Source: a virus (Duplodnaviria; Caudoviricetes). Taken from it: DNA of 64,000 nt. Positions 47,477-56,324 of this stretch are shown in pieces; the stretch's first letter is position 1, and the number at the start of each line of letters is the position of its first letter. The notes under the pieces are model-generated. The model was not told the DNA's origin, searched no databases, and saw only the letters and a list, made by a program, of their open reading frames with translations. The position numbers and the translations under genes were made by a program. The DNA is taken from IMG/VR virus record IMGVR_UViG_3300032030_002018. One strand, 5' to 3'.

Positions 47477-48089
47477 TGGCGGAAGCACTCCGATTCGAAC
47501 GGAGACACCGCTTTGACACGATTACTGGCGGTTTTCCTTACCACTCTATGTTACCATAGCATATTTAACTTGGGTTGGAATTTCACCAACTTGGACAAGG
47601 ACCATTTATCCCTCGCAGCCCCATACATTACTGTCTTACATCGTTAAATATTTGTGGTCTGGACCATCTCTTTACCATATTGAAATTCTTGCAAGAATAT
47701 TGGTGATTCGAACACCTACCTAGTACGATTGCTAGATACCTCATTGCCATTTGAGGAATATAATTTCAACTTAGGTATCTCCCGTTTGGCCTCTACACGA
47801 TTATAAGGCTGTTACCTTCTACATCTATCACCACATAGTATGCTTGTAACATTTTATTGGTTCACCTCATTTTCGTTCGGTATAGTCCTTACACATTATT
47901 GGTTAGTGTGCCTTACGTAAGTTTATCTATGCGTATAGGGATTCAAACCCATCGCCGTTTATAGCATCTGCTTACTTCTCTTGCTAAAAAGGATTTCCAC
48001 CGAATTTAGGAGATTCTACTATGGGATTTCTCGCCATAGCACTCAAATTATATTAAGACCGCTGCCTTACCAATTAGGCTTATGCTTCC
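47477..48089 (-). tRNA. tRNA-Ser(TGA) split by a group I intron; encodes CCA
   Basis: Exons join to GCGGT-CTT|GAAA-ACCGC; acceptor GGAAGCA/TGCTTCC-G-CCA. Confidence 0.88.
47537..48054 (-). ncRNA. Group I intron (IC3-like), 518 nt, inserted after U34
   Basis: Core nearly identical to 45538-46106; P7 GGCCA/TGGTC. Confidence 0.85.
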
Positions 48090-48100
48090 ATTTATATTTG

Positions 48101-48183
48101 TTGGTGGAGACGGATTCGAACCATCGAAGACTAAAGCCAACAGATTTACAGTCTGTCCCATTTGACCACTCTGGAATCCACCA
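48101..48183 (-). tRNA. tRNA-Tyr(GTA)
   Basis: Cloverleaf with V-arm. Confidence 0.9.
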
Positions 48184-48221
48184 ATTTTTTATGTCACAAT
48201 ATGTCAAAGAACTCAACATTG

Positions 48222-48253
48222 CAAATGTACACAATTTATTTGTCATTTCCAAA
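48222..48253 (-). promoter_or_regulatory. Bacteroidota-type promoter
   Basis: TTTG-N20-TACATTTG. Confidence 0.8.
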
Positions 48254-48287
48254 TATTTTAACGTATTTTATAAAAATGAATTATTTG

Positions 48288-48359
48288 AGCCTCAATACGG
48301 AAGCGAGCCGTAATTTCAAGATTACAAATCTAGCGTAATAACCTTTATACTATTGAGGC
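48288..48359 (-). tRNA. tRNA-Thr(TGT), atypical T-loop
   Basis: Loop TTTGTAA; T-loop CTCGCTT. Confidence 0.75.
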
Positions 48360-48364
48360 AAAAA

Positions 48365-48509
48365 AACCACTCTACACGACTGTACTTTCCATACCTTGTC
48401 ACCTACCTAAGCGCATAATGACTTGTAACATAGTCTTCTGCCTTCCTTCTCAAGCATCTCCATAGGATATTGTTACCTTACCTATAGCCTTCTTGAACCT
48501 TGAATGATT
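48365..48509 (-). ncRNA. Candidate purine-rich structured ncRNA
   Basis: Terminal helix AATCATTC/GAGTGGTT; 9 AGG motifs. Confidence 0.4.
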
Positions 48510-48522
48510 TTTAGTTTAAAAG

Positions 48523-48606
48523 TCGGGGCGACACGATTCGAACGTGCGTACCTGTTAAGGTCCTGCTCCCAGGGCAGGTCGGAAACCAACTACCGGTTAC
48601 ACCCCG
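48523..48606 (-). tRNA. tRNA-Pro(TGG), atypical (C33, long variable arm)
   Basis: CGGGGTG/CGCCCCG; loop CCTGGGA; V-arm ACCT-TAAC-AGGT. Confidence 0.8.
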
Positions 48607-48625
48607 TATTTTTTATTTCACAATG

Positions 48626-48657
48626 CAAATGTACACAATTTATTTTACAATTCCAAA
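48626..48657 (-). promoter_or_regulatory. Bacteroidota-type promoter
   Basis: TTTG-N20-TACATTTG. Confidence 0.8.
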
Positions 48658-48685
48658 TATTTTGGTGTTAAAAATTGTTATTTTG

Positions 48686-48760
48686 AGGTAAGACAGAGAT
48701 TCGAACTCTGGATACAACAGTTTTGCAGACTGCGCCGTTAGACCACTTCGGTATCTTACC
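48686..48760 (-). tRNA. tRNA-Cys(GCA)
   Basis: Cloverleaf, U73. Confidence 0.92.
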
Positions 48761-48852
48761 TTTTGTTTCCGTATAGGAAAAATAATATGAATAGTAATCC
48801 AAAACTAATAATCCATAATGCCATATAACCTTACATCTAATTATTATGTGAA

Positions 48853-50052
48853 CTACCCACAAACTAAAGATTTGTGGGCTTCTGACTTCATTGCTGACTG
48901 CCATTGAAATGGTCTTACATCTGCTCCATCAGTGTAATCGACAGTTCCTGCCGATATATTTCTTAATCCTTCTGCAAGGATATTCATTGCTGCATTAACA
49001 TCTCTGTCAAGAACTTCTCCACAATTTGGACAAGTCCATTCCCTATCTTTCAACGATAAGTCTTCTTTAACCCAACTACAACAATGGCAAGTCTTTGAAG
49101 ATGGGTAGTATCTACCTATCTTCACTACTTTCTTATTGTTCATAACTGCCTTGTAAGTAAGCATTGAAAGGAATGCTCCCCAACTTGCATCAGATATACT
49201 CTGAGCAAGTCTATGGTTTCTTTGCATACCCTTTACATTCAAGTCCTCACAACAAATTACATCATAATTCCTGATTAAGTCGGTGCTAATCTTATGTAAT
49301 TTGTCAAACCTACAGTTATGAATTTTCTCTTGTATTCTCGCAACCTTAATTCTTTGTCTGTTCCAAGAATTACTACCTTTCTGCTTTCTTGACAAATGTT
49401 TCTGCGATTTTGCAAGCTCTTTTGAATAACGCTTGATGAATTTGTTACTTGAATATCTCTTACCATCACTTGTGACTACCAAGTCTTTTAACCCCAAGTC
49501 TATACCAACCTTTGCATTGGTTTTCTGCAACGGTTCATATATAACTTGAGTAAGTATGGAAACATAATATTTTCCGCTCGGTGTAACAGAGATTGTCATA
49601 TTTCTGACATCGCCACCTTTGAATGGTCTATACTCCACTATCTTAATCCCATCTTTGAACTTTGGAATATATATCCTACCATTCTCAACAGAACAATGCT
49701 GTGGTATACGAAAACTTCCGCCATTTTTCTTTGCCTTGAATCTTGGAAACCTTGCATTACCACTAAAAAAATTAGTATATGCCGTTTCAAGATTTCTCAG
49801 TGCGAATTGAAGTGTCTGTGAATTGATTTCCTTTAACCACAAGTATTCTTCTTGTCTTTTTAGTTTGGTAAGTGCGCTTGCTTGTACATAGTAATTGTCA
49901 CTTTTACCATTATCAGTGTATTGCTGTTTTCTTTCAGCAAGAAAATGATTATAGACAAAACGTACAGACCCAAAATACCTTGCAAGTATTTGCTCTTGCT
50001 CCTTATTTGGGCACATTCTGTACTTATATGTCTTTAAAATCACTTTCATCAT
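48853..50052 (-). CDS. tnpB: IS605-family TnpB
   Basis: GIDLG, CEDL, CHCC/CPNC, DRDVNAAMNI. Confidence 0.93.
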   Translation of the reverse strand: MMKVILKTYKYRMCPNKEQEQILARYFGSVRFVYNHFLAERKQQYTDNGKSDNYYVQASALTKLKRQEEYLWLKEINSQTLQFALRNLETAYTNFFSGNARFPRFKAKKNGGSFRIPQHCSVENGRIYIPKFKDGIKIVEYRPFKGGDVRNMTISVTPSGKYYVSILTQVIYEPLQKTNAKVGIDLGLKDLVVTSDGKRYSSNKFIKRYSKELAKSQKHLSRKQKGSNSWNRQRIKVARIQEKIHNCRFDKLHKISTDLIRNYDVICCEDLNVKGMQRNHRLAQSISDASWGAFLSMLTYKAVMNNKKVVKIGRYYPSSKTCHCCSWVKEDLSLKDREWTCPNCGEVLDRDVNAAMNILAEGLRNISAGTVDYTDGADVRPFQWQSAMKSEAHKSLVCG

Positions 50053-50143
50053 TTAAAATATAGTTAAAAACTATCTCTTTTCAATAATAAATATTAGATA
50101 ATTTACAAAAAGTTCCTATTTTTTGTAAAAAATATTTTTTATT

Positions 50144-50242
50144 ATGAGTTATTTTTCTAAAAATTGGTCTAACGGATATTTTGTATGCTCCATTAGTGAA
50201 GCAAATCCTGATACTATTAGAAAGTACATTGAGAATTAAGGT
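50144..50242 (+). pseudogene. tnpA: Internally deleted tnpA remnant
   Basis: 5' ATGAGTTATTTTTCTAA joined to W.NGYFVCSISEANPDTIRKYIEN. Confidence 0.8.
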
Positions 50243-50299
50243 TTATGCAATTCATCCCATTAACTAAAGATTAATGGGTTTTCTTGCATTATTTATATA

Positions 50300-50343
50300 A
50301 AAAATAAAAGCTGCTGAAACTTTTTTGGAGGTATCAACAGCTT
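50300..50343 (-). terminator. Terminator or attenuator hairpin after short leader ORF
   Basis: AAGCTGTTGA...TCAGCAGCTT-TTATTTTT. Confidence 0.6.
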
Positions 50344-50375
50344 GGGAAATATATAGTTAAGTAAGTGCGCCAATT

Positions 50376-50495
50376 TTACATCATATATTTTTCAAACTGT
50401 TTTAACCTTTTATTATTGGTATACGCCGGTGTATCACATTCTTGAATTGAATGTGAAAGACAAATGGATGGATATTTCTGACTAAAATTTTTCAT
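50376..50495 (-). CDS. 39-aa putative leader peptide
   Basis: Manual translation MKNFSQKYPSICLSHS...KYMM; ATATTTAT at 50524-50531. Confidence 0.4.
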   Translation of the reverse strand: MKNFSQKYPSICLSHSIQECDTPAYTNNKRLKQFEKYMM

Positions 50496-51054
50496 TATAT
50501 GTTTAAGGTGATAATTTCTTTTTATAAATATATATAAATTTTTGAAAAAAACAAAATTTTTGAAAATATTTTTTAAAAAGTTTCCATAAAATTCACCAAA
50601 TCAATATAATTTTGTTCAGCGACAAAACTAACAATAGTTGATATTGCCTTTTTTATTCTTTCTGCATTTTCAGTATAACATTCCTCGTATGGCTTATATG
50701 GTGTCAGTCTATCGTGTTGTTTTGGTCTATTGGAATAATATTCGGAAACAGTTTTAAAATGATTTTTAATAGCACTATAATCTTGATTTAACACTTCTAC
50801 AACAGCTTCGTTTAAACAATTTAGTCTAAACTCTACCTTGTTTTTACTAAGTGGGTCTATATCTATATCCACAAACCTCTTACAAAGGGCAGGTACTCTC
50901 TCTCTCCAATGATTAACGACTTGACTGTCTGGATAAAGACACAAACATACTAAATTGTCTACAATAGCATCTAAAACCTCACCGAATTTATCAGTCATTT
51001 TATATTTTCTATGCAAGAAAACCCATTAATCTTTAGTTAATGGGATGAATTGCA

Positions 51055-51453
51055 TCAGCCTTGATTCTCAATATACTTTCTAATAGTATCAGGATTCGCT
51101 TCACCAATAGAACATACAAAATATCCATCAGACCAAAAAGTATGTTCCTTCCAAAAATGTTTTCTTAGTATTGGTTGGAACTCTTTCCAAAGTCTGTTTG
51201 TACTTACTTGTTTCAATACTCTGACAATTGAAGTAACTGTAATATTTGGCGGATAACTAATAAGAAGATGTATATGGTCTTTGTCCGTTTCCATTATCTC
51301 AATATCAAAGTCACATCTACTTTCTACTTCCTTAAATACTAAAAGAACACATTCTCTAATTTCAGAAACAAGTAGTTGTTTCCTGTACTTACAGACAAAT
51401 ATTAAGTGACATTTCAAGTAAAACTTGTGTCTATTATTAGAAAAATAACTCAT
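51055..51453 (-). CDS. tnpA: Y1 (HUH) transposase
   Basis: DHIHLL, FWSDGYF, YIENQ. Confidence 0.93.
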   Translation of the reverse strand: MSYFSNNRHKFYLKCHLIFVCKYRKQLLVSEIRECVLLVFKEVESRCDFDIEIMETDKDHIHLLISYPPNITVTSIVRVLKQVSTNRLWKEFQPILRKHFWKEHTFWSDGYFVCSIGEANPDTIRKYIENQG

Positions 51454-51560
51454 ATCAAAATATTTTTTTTACAAAAATAGTAACTTTTTGTAAATTATTT
51501 GATATTTATTATTGAAAAGAGATAGTTTTTAACTATATTTTAAACGTAAACGTAAAGAAT

Positions 51561-51785
51561 ATGGAAGTTATTAAAGGAATAAGTCTAAACGATGTACAAA
51601 AAGCAAAAGATACTTTGATAGAAGATGCAGAGATAATGAAGGCACTAAGAGATAGACTTAAAGAACAAGATGTTCCACTGCAAGAACAGAATGACATAAG
51701 GAAAAAGGTGATAGATATTCTTTCAAAGGATTTGTTGATAACAATGAATCTGTCAAGTTGCGCTGATATTATAAATGTTTGGTAA
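51561..51785 (+). CDS. Passenger ORF inside IS605
   Basis: 74 aa, absent from the other copy. Confidence 0.6.
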   Translation: MEVIKGISLNDVQKAKDTLIEDAEIMKALRDRLKEQDVPLQEQNDIRKKVIDILSKDLLITMNLSSCADIINVW

Positions 51786-51803
51786 ATAAGTAAAGATAAT
51801 TAT

Positions 51804-53000
51804 ATGAAAGTGATTTTAAAGACATATAAGTACAGAATGTACCCAAATAAGGAGCAAGAGCAAATGCTTGCAAAGTATTTTGGGTCCGTACGTTTTGTCT
51901 ATAATCATTTTCTTGCCGAAAGAAAACAACAATACACTGAGAATGGAAAAAGTGATAACTATTATGCACAAGCAAGCACACTTACCAAACTAAAAAAACA
52001 AGAAGAATACTTGTGGCTAAAGGAAATCAATTCGCAAACACTTCAATTCGCACTTAGAAATCTTGAAACTGCATATACTAATTTCTTTAGGGGTAATGCA
52101 AGATTTCCAAGATTCAAGGCAAAGAAAAATGGTGGGAGTTTCCATATACCACAACATTGTTCTGTGGAGAATAGTAGAATTTACATACCAAAGTTCAAAG
52201 ATGGAATTAAAATAGTAGAACACAGACCATTCAAAGGCGGAGATGTCAGAAATATGACAATCTCTGTCACACCAAGCGGAAAATATTATGTTTCCATACT
52301 TACACAAGTTACATACGAGCCTTTACAGAAAACCAATGCAAAGGTTGGTATAGACTTGGGGTTGAAAGACTTGGTAATCACAAGTGATGGTAAAAAGTAT
52401 TCAAGCAATAAGTTCATTAAGCGTTATTCAAAAGAACTTGCAAAAGCACAGAAACACTTGTCAAGAAAGCAGAAAGGTAGCAATTCTTGGAACAGACAAA
52501 GAATTAAGGTTGCAAGAATACAAGAGAAAATTCACAATTGTAGATTTGATAAGTTACATAAAATTAGTACTGACTTAATCAGGAACTATGATGTAATTTG
52601 TTGTGAGGACTTGAATGTTAAAGGTATGCAAAGAAACCATAGACTTGCTCAGTCAATATTAGATGCAAGTTGGGGAGCATTCCTTTCAATGCTTACTTAC
52701 AAGGCAGTTATGAATGATAAACAAGTAGTGAAGATAGGTAGATACTACCCATCTTCAAAAACTTGTCATCATTGTGGTTGGGTTAAAGAAGACTTATCGT
52801 TGAAAGATAGGGAATGGACTTGTCCAAATTGTGGAGAAGTTCTTGACAGAGATGTTAATGCAGCAATGAATATCCTTGCAGAAGGATTAAGAAATATATC
52901 GGCAGGAACTGTCGATTACACTGATGGAGCAGATGTAAGACCCTTTCAAGGGCAATCAGCAAAGAAGTCAGAAGCCCACAAATCTTTAGTTTGTGGGTAG
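51804..53000 (+). CDS. tnpB: IS605-family TnpB, close paralog of 48853..50052
   Basis: RuvC D/E/D and Zn finger. Confidence 0.93.
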   Translation: MKVILKTYKYRMYPNKEQEQMLAKYFGSVRFVYNHFLAERKQQYTENGKSDNYYAQASTLTKLKKQEEYLWLKEINSQTLQFALRNLETAYTNFFRGNARFPRFKAKKNGGSFHIPQHCSVENSRIYIPKFKDGIKIVEHRPFKGGDVRNMTISVTPSGKYYVSILTQVTYEPLQKTNAKVGIDLGLKDLVITSDGKKYSSNKFIKRYSKELAKAQKHLSRKQKGSNSWNRQRIKVARIQEKIHNCRFDKLHKISTDLIRNYDVICCEDLNVKGMQRNHRLAQSILDASWGAFLSMLTYKAVMNDKQVVKIGRYYPSSKTCHHCGWVKEDLSLKDREWTCPNCGEVLDRDVNAAMNILAEGLRNISAGTVDYTDGADVRPFQGQSAKKSEAHKSLVCG

Positions 53001-53094
53001 TTCACTTGGCTTCATTCCAAATTCACAAATCAATTTATGGTGTAATGTTGAATGTATTTCTTCTGTTACTATATCGTCAATATAGTTCATTTTG

Positions 53095-53298
53095 TCATTT
53101 ATTTTGGCAATTATATTGTATATAATACATAAAACAATCGGGCGAAATAAATATTCCGCCCTTGTGTTTTGTCTTTCTTGAATACGTTTTCTTTGACTTA
53201 TGTACCTTGGTAGTTGAATGAAATCCTGGACCAAGTATGTCAAATTGAATGTCTCTATTCGCTTTTTTCAGTGCTTTGTTTAGAATTTTTGATGTCAT
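53095..53298 (-). CDS. ArfA-like basic peptide (possible ribosome-rescue factor)
   Basis: KVHKSKKTYSRKTKHK followed by an intragenic GC hairpin. Confidence 0.5.
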   Translation of the reverse strand: MTSKILNKALKKANRDIQFDILGPGFHSTTKVHKSKKTYSRKTKHKGGIFISPDCFMYYIQYNCQNK

Positions 53299-53432
53299 TG
53301 CTCTCCCAAATCTATATCTCCGTCAATATTGACGTGTGGTGGAACTTCTTTTGCGTGATAAATGCTCCAAATTGTTACTGATAACGATACAACGATTAAC
53401 GTTGCCATAATAATACAAAAAGTACTCATAAT

Positions 53433-53801
53433 TCAACTGTTTTTATTTATAAATATCTTGTTGTTTGATAAAAGCCATACCATAGCATCATATACAGCAT
53501 CAATTAAATGTTCTTTTGATAAGCCGTAATAAGATTCCACGCCAACACACCATTTATTTTCATCATCTGTAAATACTTCAACATCAACACCTTCATTCTT
53601 CATAATGGTAAGTAGACAGTCAGTAGACCAAGCAGGAATATCAAACTCTTCGTCTCTTGCTTTTGGACCGCCTATTCTAAGGTCGCTACCACACCAATAA
53701 TACATATCAGCAGTATCTGTTGGAAGGTCTAACATCTTTAATGTTTTGCTTTGGTCTATATTTGTCTGTCTCATTATCTGTCTTTTTTGTGTAATATACA
53801 A
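53433..53801 (-). CDS. Paralog family F6
   Basis: QS..L...TADM...IPAWS...LIDAVY..MVWL. Confidence 0.7.
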   Translation of the reverse strand: MYITQKRQIMRQTNIDQSKTLKMLDLPTDTADMYYWCGSDLRIGGPKARDEEFDIPAWSTDCLLTIMKNEGVDVEVFTDDENKWCVGVESYYGLSKEHLIDAVYDAMVWLLSNNKIFINKNS

Positions 53802-53836
53802 AATACGTTTTTAATATCCAAACAATTCAACAAAAA

Positions 53837-54571
53837 TTATGATTCCTCTTGAATCTTTTTTAATCCATAACTATCCAATACAAAAGCTGCTCTACAATCA
53901 AGGCAGGCGAATGTTTCGGTGATAATTGGGTCGTACTCCTGTTGTGAATGTCCGAATATCTGATATACACCCTTTAATGATTGTAGTTCACTAACTCCCT
54001 TATTGTATAGATGTTCTCTTACATCTGCCCACACAATGCTTCCACAGTTCGACCATCCACCACGGTAAAAACTTACATCTGACAATATACGTCCGCATCT
54101 GTCAGAATCAAGAATTGCATTAAGGTTATCAACATTAAGTTCTCCAATCTCACGCTGATAATCCTTAAACCAATCTGCTATAATACCAGCGTGTGAGAAC
54201 AGATATTTCTTATCTCCTATTTCGGCTTTATATGCGAGTTTAATTTTATCTCTATGTTTCTCAACAAAGTCGTTCATAGGTTTTTTGCTCATAGCGGACA
54301 ATCTGCATCCTCCACACTCTCTATAGAAATCATTGTTCAGGTAATGCATATCGTGATTTCCAAGTAATAGGACAACCTTATCCTTTCCTTCCAACCACTC
54401 TGAAAGTTCTTTAAGGTTTTCCAAAGCCATTTCAACCGTTATTCTCTCATATGGATAAGGGTCCATATAGTCTCCAAGGAAAATTATCTTATCGTAATCA
54501 TCATAGTTCTCAACTGCCTGTTTCCAGAAAGGTCTTCCGTGTACATCTGGTATAATTAATATCTTATCCAT
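53837..54571 (-). CDS. Calcineurin-like metallophosphoesterase
   Basis: DVHG, GDYMD, GNHD, HAG, GHS. Confidence 0.9.
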   Translation of the reverse strand: MDKILIIPDVHGRPFWKQAVENYDDYDKIIFLGDYMDPYPYERITVEMALENLKELSEWLEGKDKVVLLLGNHDMHYLNNDFYRECGGCRLSAMSKKPMNDFVEKHRDKIKLAYKAEIGDKKYLFSHAGIIADWFKDYQREIGELNVDNLNAILDSDRCGRILSDVSFYRGGWSNCGSIVWADVREHLYNKGVSELQSLKGVYQIFGHSQQEYDPIITETFACLDCRAAFVLDSYGLKKIQEES

Positions 54572-54586
54572 TTTATGTTATTTTTT

Positions 54587-55414
54587 TTATTCATTAAATA
54601 CGTCGTAGAAAGCCTTGTAATTACCTTCTTGTTTTCCGTCAAGTATAGCAAACACTATATACTTGAACTTATCCTTATATTCGTCTGTTTCAAGTATTTC
54701 CTTGAATAGTTTGGCAATCTCCTTTGGCGGGTTATGAAATGCTCCACACCCCAATGCACTTAATACCAATGAATCGTTACCATTGATAAGTGCAACATTC
54801 AATATTGTTTTGATTTTGTTACGTGTGATGTTTTTTATTGCTTCCTCAATATGTCCATTCTCATCTACATATGGGTCACGATATCCGGCAACACTGACCA
54901 CATCAACAAGAAATGGTTCTTCAAGTGGTGCATAATAGTTGTTTTCAGTATCCCTGAACACCGTAACGTTCTTACAATAGACTGCACCGTTGTTCATATT
55001 AAGTGGATATTGATTTCTATCGTCGTATTCCATACCCATTTTTTTTGCCATTCTGTCACAGTATCTGTACATTTGTGTAAATAGATTGGTACGTCTGAAA
55101 AGATTCTCTTCTTGTGCGCCTGAACCACTGAATACACCTCCTCCAGGGTTTGATGCAGAAGCCATATTCAGTACAGCTGGATGATATCCTTGCTCAACTA
55201 ATTTATAAGCAGCTGCAAGGCTATCGCTATCAAGAACCTCAATCTTTGTGTCGTATTTTTCAAGATTGTCAAAGTCGATTGAAATTCTCTTTTTATAAAA
55301 ATTAGAAGAAATAATGTTGTTGTCAATCGTTATTGTCTTATCTCCAATGGTATAACCGTTTTTAACCATATCTATCGTATCAAGATAGATTGATGCACGT
55401 TTTTCTTTTTTCAT
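54587..55414 (-). CDS. TIGR02452/DUF2263-like microbial PARG (macrodomain)
   Basis: LNMASASNPGGG...GAQEENL.RRT; LSALGCGAF.NPP. Confidence 0.85.
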   Translation of the reverse strand: MKKEKRASIYLDTIDMVKNGYTIGDKTITIDNNIISSNFYKKRISIDFDNLEKYDTKIEVLDSDSLAAAYKLVEQGYHPAVLNMASASNPGGGVFSGSGAQEENLFRRTNLFTQMYRYCDRMAKKMGMEYDDRNQYPLNMNNGAVYCKNVTVFRDTENNYYAPLEEPFLVDVVSVAGYRDPYVDENGHIEEAIKNITRNKIKTILNVALINGNDSLVLSALGCGAFHNPPKEIAKLFKEILETDEYKDKFKYIVFAILDGKQEGNYKAFYDVFNE

Positions 55415-55420
55415 TTTATG

Positions 55421-55987
55421 TTATGATTTTTTCTTACATTCTTTTGGCTGTTTATCAACGAATGTAATCATCGCCTCTTTCATTCTTCTGATTACATATT
55501 CCTCACAATGTGTTTTAAGTACATTGAGAAGTCTTTGTGTTGAATGTGTTATTCGTTTATCCTTAATGTTGTTTTTAAGGCTGACTTCCTTTTTATGTTC
55601 ATTTTGTATTTTTATTTCCTTGTTGCCGCTCTTAACAACAAAACTTTCGTTTTTCCTCATCTTCCTGACTTGGCGTGTTGTTTTGTCGTAAATATAGCCT
55701 TTTTTTGCAAGAAACACTGAAATTTTTAATGTTTCAGTATCTGTTGCTTTTCTCCAGTATTGGAGGTTTTTTTTAAGCAATATATACCCACAGTCAACAT
55801 TATTAGTTACATCAATATCCAAAACACCTTCTGATACATCACAGTATGCTGTGAGGGTATATGCGATGCCTTCGTTATCAGCATAAGCGTTCCCTCCCCA
55901 TATTGAGAAAAGTTCGGGTGCTTTATCTTGTACAATTACGTCTCCTTTAGCGAATTTAGCCATTGTGATTCTTGTTAAAATTATCAA
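55421..55987 (-). CDS. Hypothetical protein
   Basis: ORF. Confidence 0.65.
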   Translation of the reverse strand: MIILTRITMAKFAKGDVIVQDKAPELFSIWGGNAYADNEGIAYTLTAYCDVSEGVLDIDVTNNVDCGYILLKKNLQYWRKATDTETLKISVFLAKKGYIYDKTTRQVRKMRKNESFVVKSGNKEIKIQNEHKKEVSLKNNIKDKRITHSTQRLLNVLKTHCEEYVIRRMKEAMITFVDKQPKECKKKS

Positions 55988-56324
55988 TATGTACTTTCAA
56001 TATATCGTCGTGTATAGCGTTTAACACTGTAAGTATTTCATCATCTGAAAAATGCTTTTTGATATCCTTCATAAGGTTATAAGCATCGTTTGTAAGTATT
56101 TTCTTCTTCCATTCCGGAAACTTGTCATTTTTGCACCATTCTTCTGCCCATTCGATTACACCACTTACAAAACCGAGGTATTCTGCAAACAGTATTATAA
56201 CTGGTATTGGTAAATTCTTAAAAGTTATATCCTCCATTTCTTTTTGTTTATTTTCTTTTATATTTGATGTTACAATCCATATTATGCCTGATATTACAGC
56301 AAGTGATATTAATGTTGTTATCAT
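55956..56324 (-). CDS. Membrane-anchored hypothetical protein
   Basis: N-terminal TM. Confidence 0.65.
   Translation of the reverse strand: MITTLISLAVISGIIWIVTSNIKENKQKEMEDITFKNLPIPVIILFAEYLGFVSGVIEWAEEWCKNDKFPEWKKKILTNDAYNLMKDIKKHFSDDEILTVLNAIHDDILKVHIDNFNKNHNG

Larger units (their letters stand above)
48848..50287 (-). mobile_element. IS200/IS605-family element, non-autonomous copy (tnpA internally deleted)
   Basis: Left-end hairpin ACCCATTAA-TCTTTAG-TTAATGGG, right-end hairpin CCCACAAA-TCTTTAG-TTTGTGGG...TTCAC. Confidence 0.88.
51013..53005 (+). mobile_element. IS200/IS605-family element (divergent tnpA/tnpB, passenger ORF)
   Basis: Same ends as 48848-50287. Confidence 0.9.
50573..53090 (-). 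pseudogene. 174-aa LxE-leader gene interrupted by IS605 (pieces 53090-53006 and 51012-50573)
   Basis: Removing 51013-53005 restores frame ...EFGMKPNRKYKMTDKF... Confidence 0.75.

Noticed and set aside
48853-53000. IS605 TnpBs as effectors of the CRISPR array
   Set aside because: Both lie inside complete IS ends with their own right-end RNA, 6-10 kb away, with no anti-repeat
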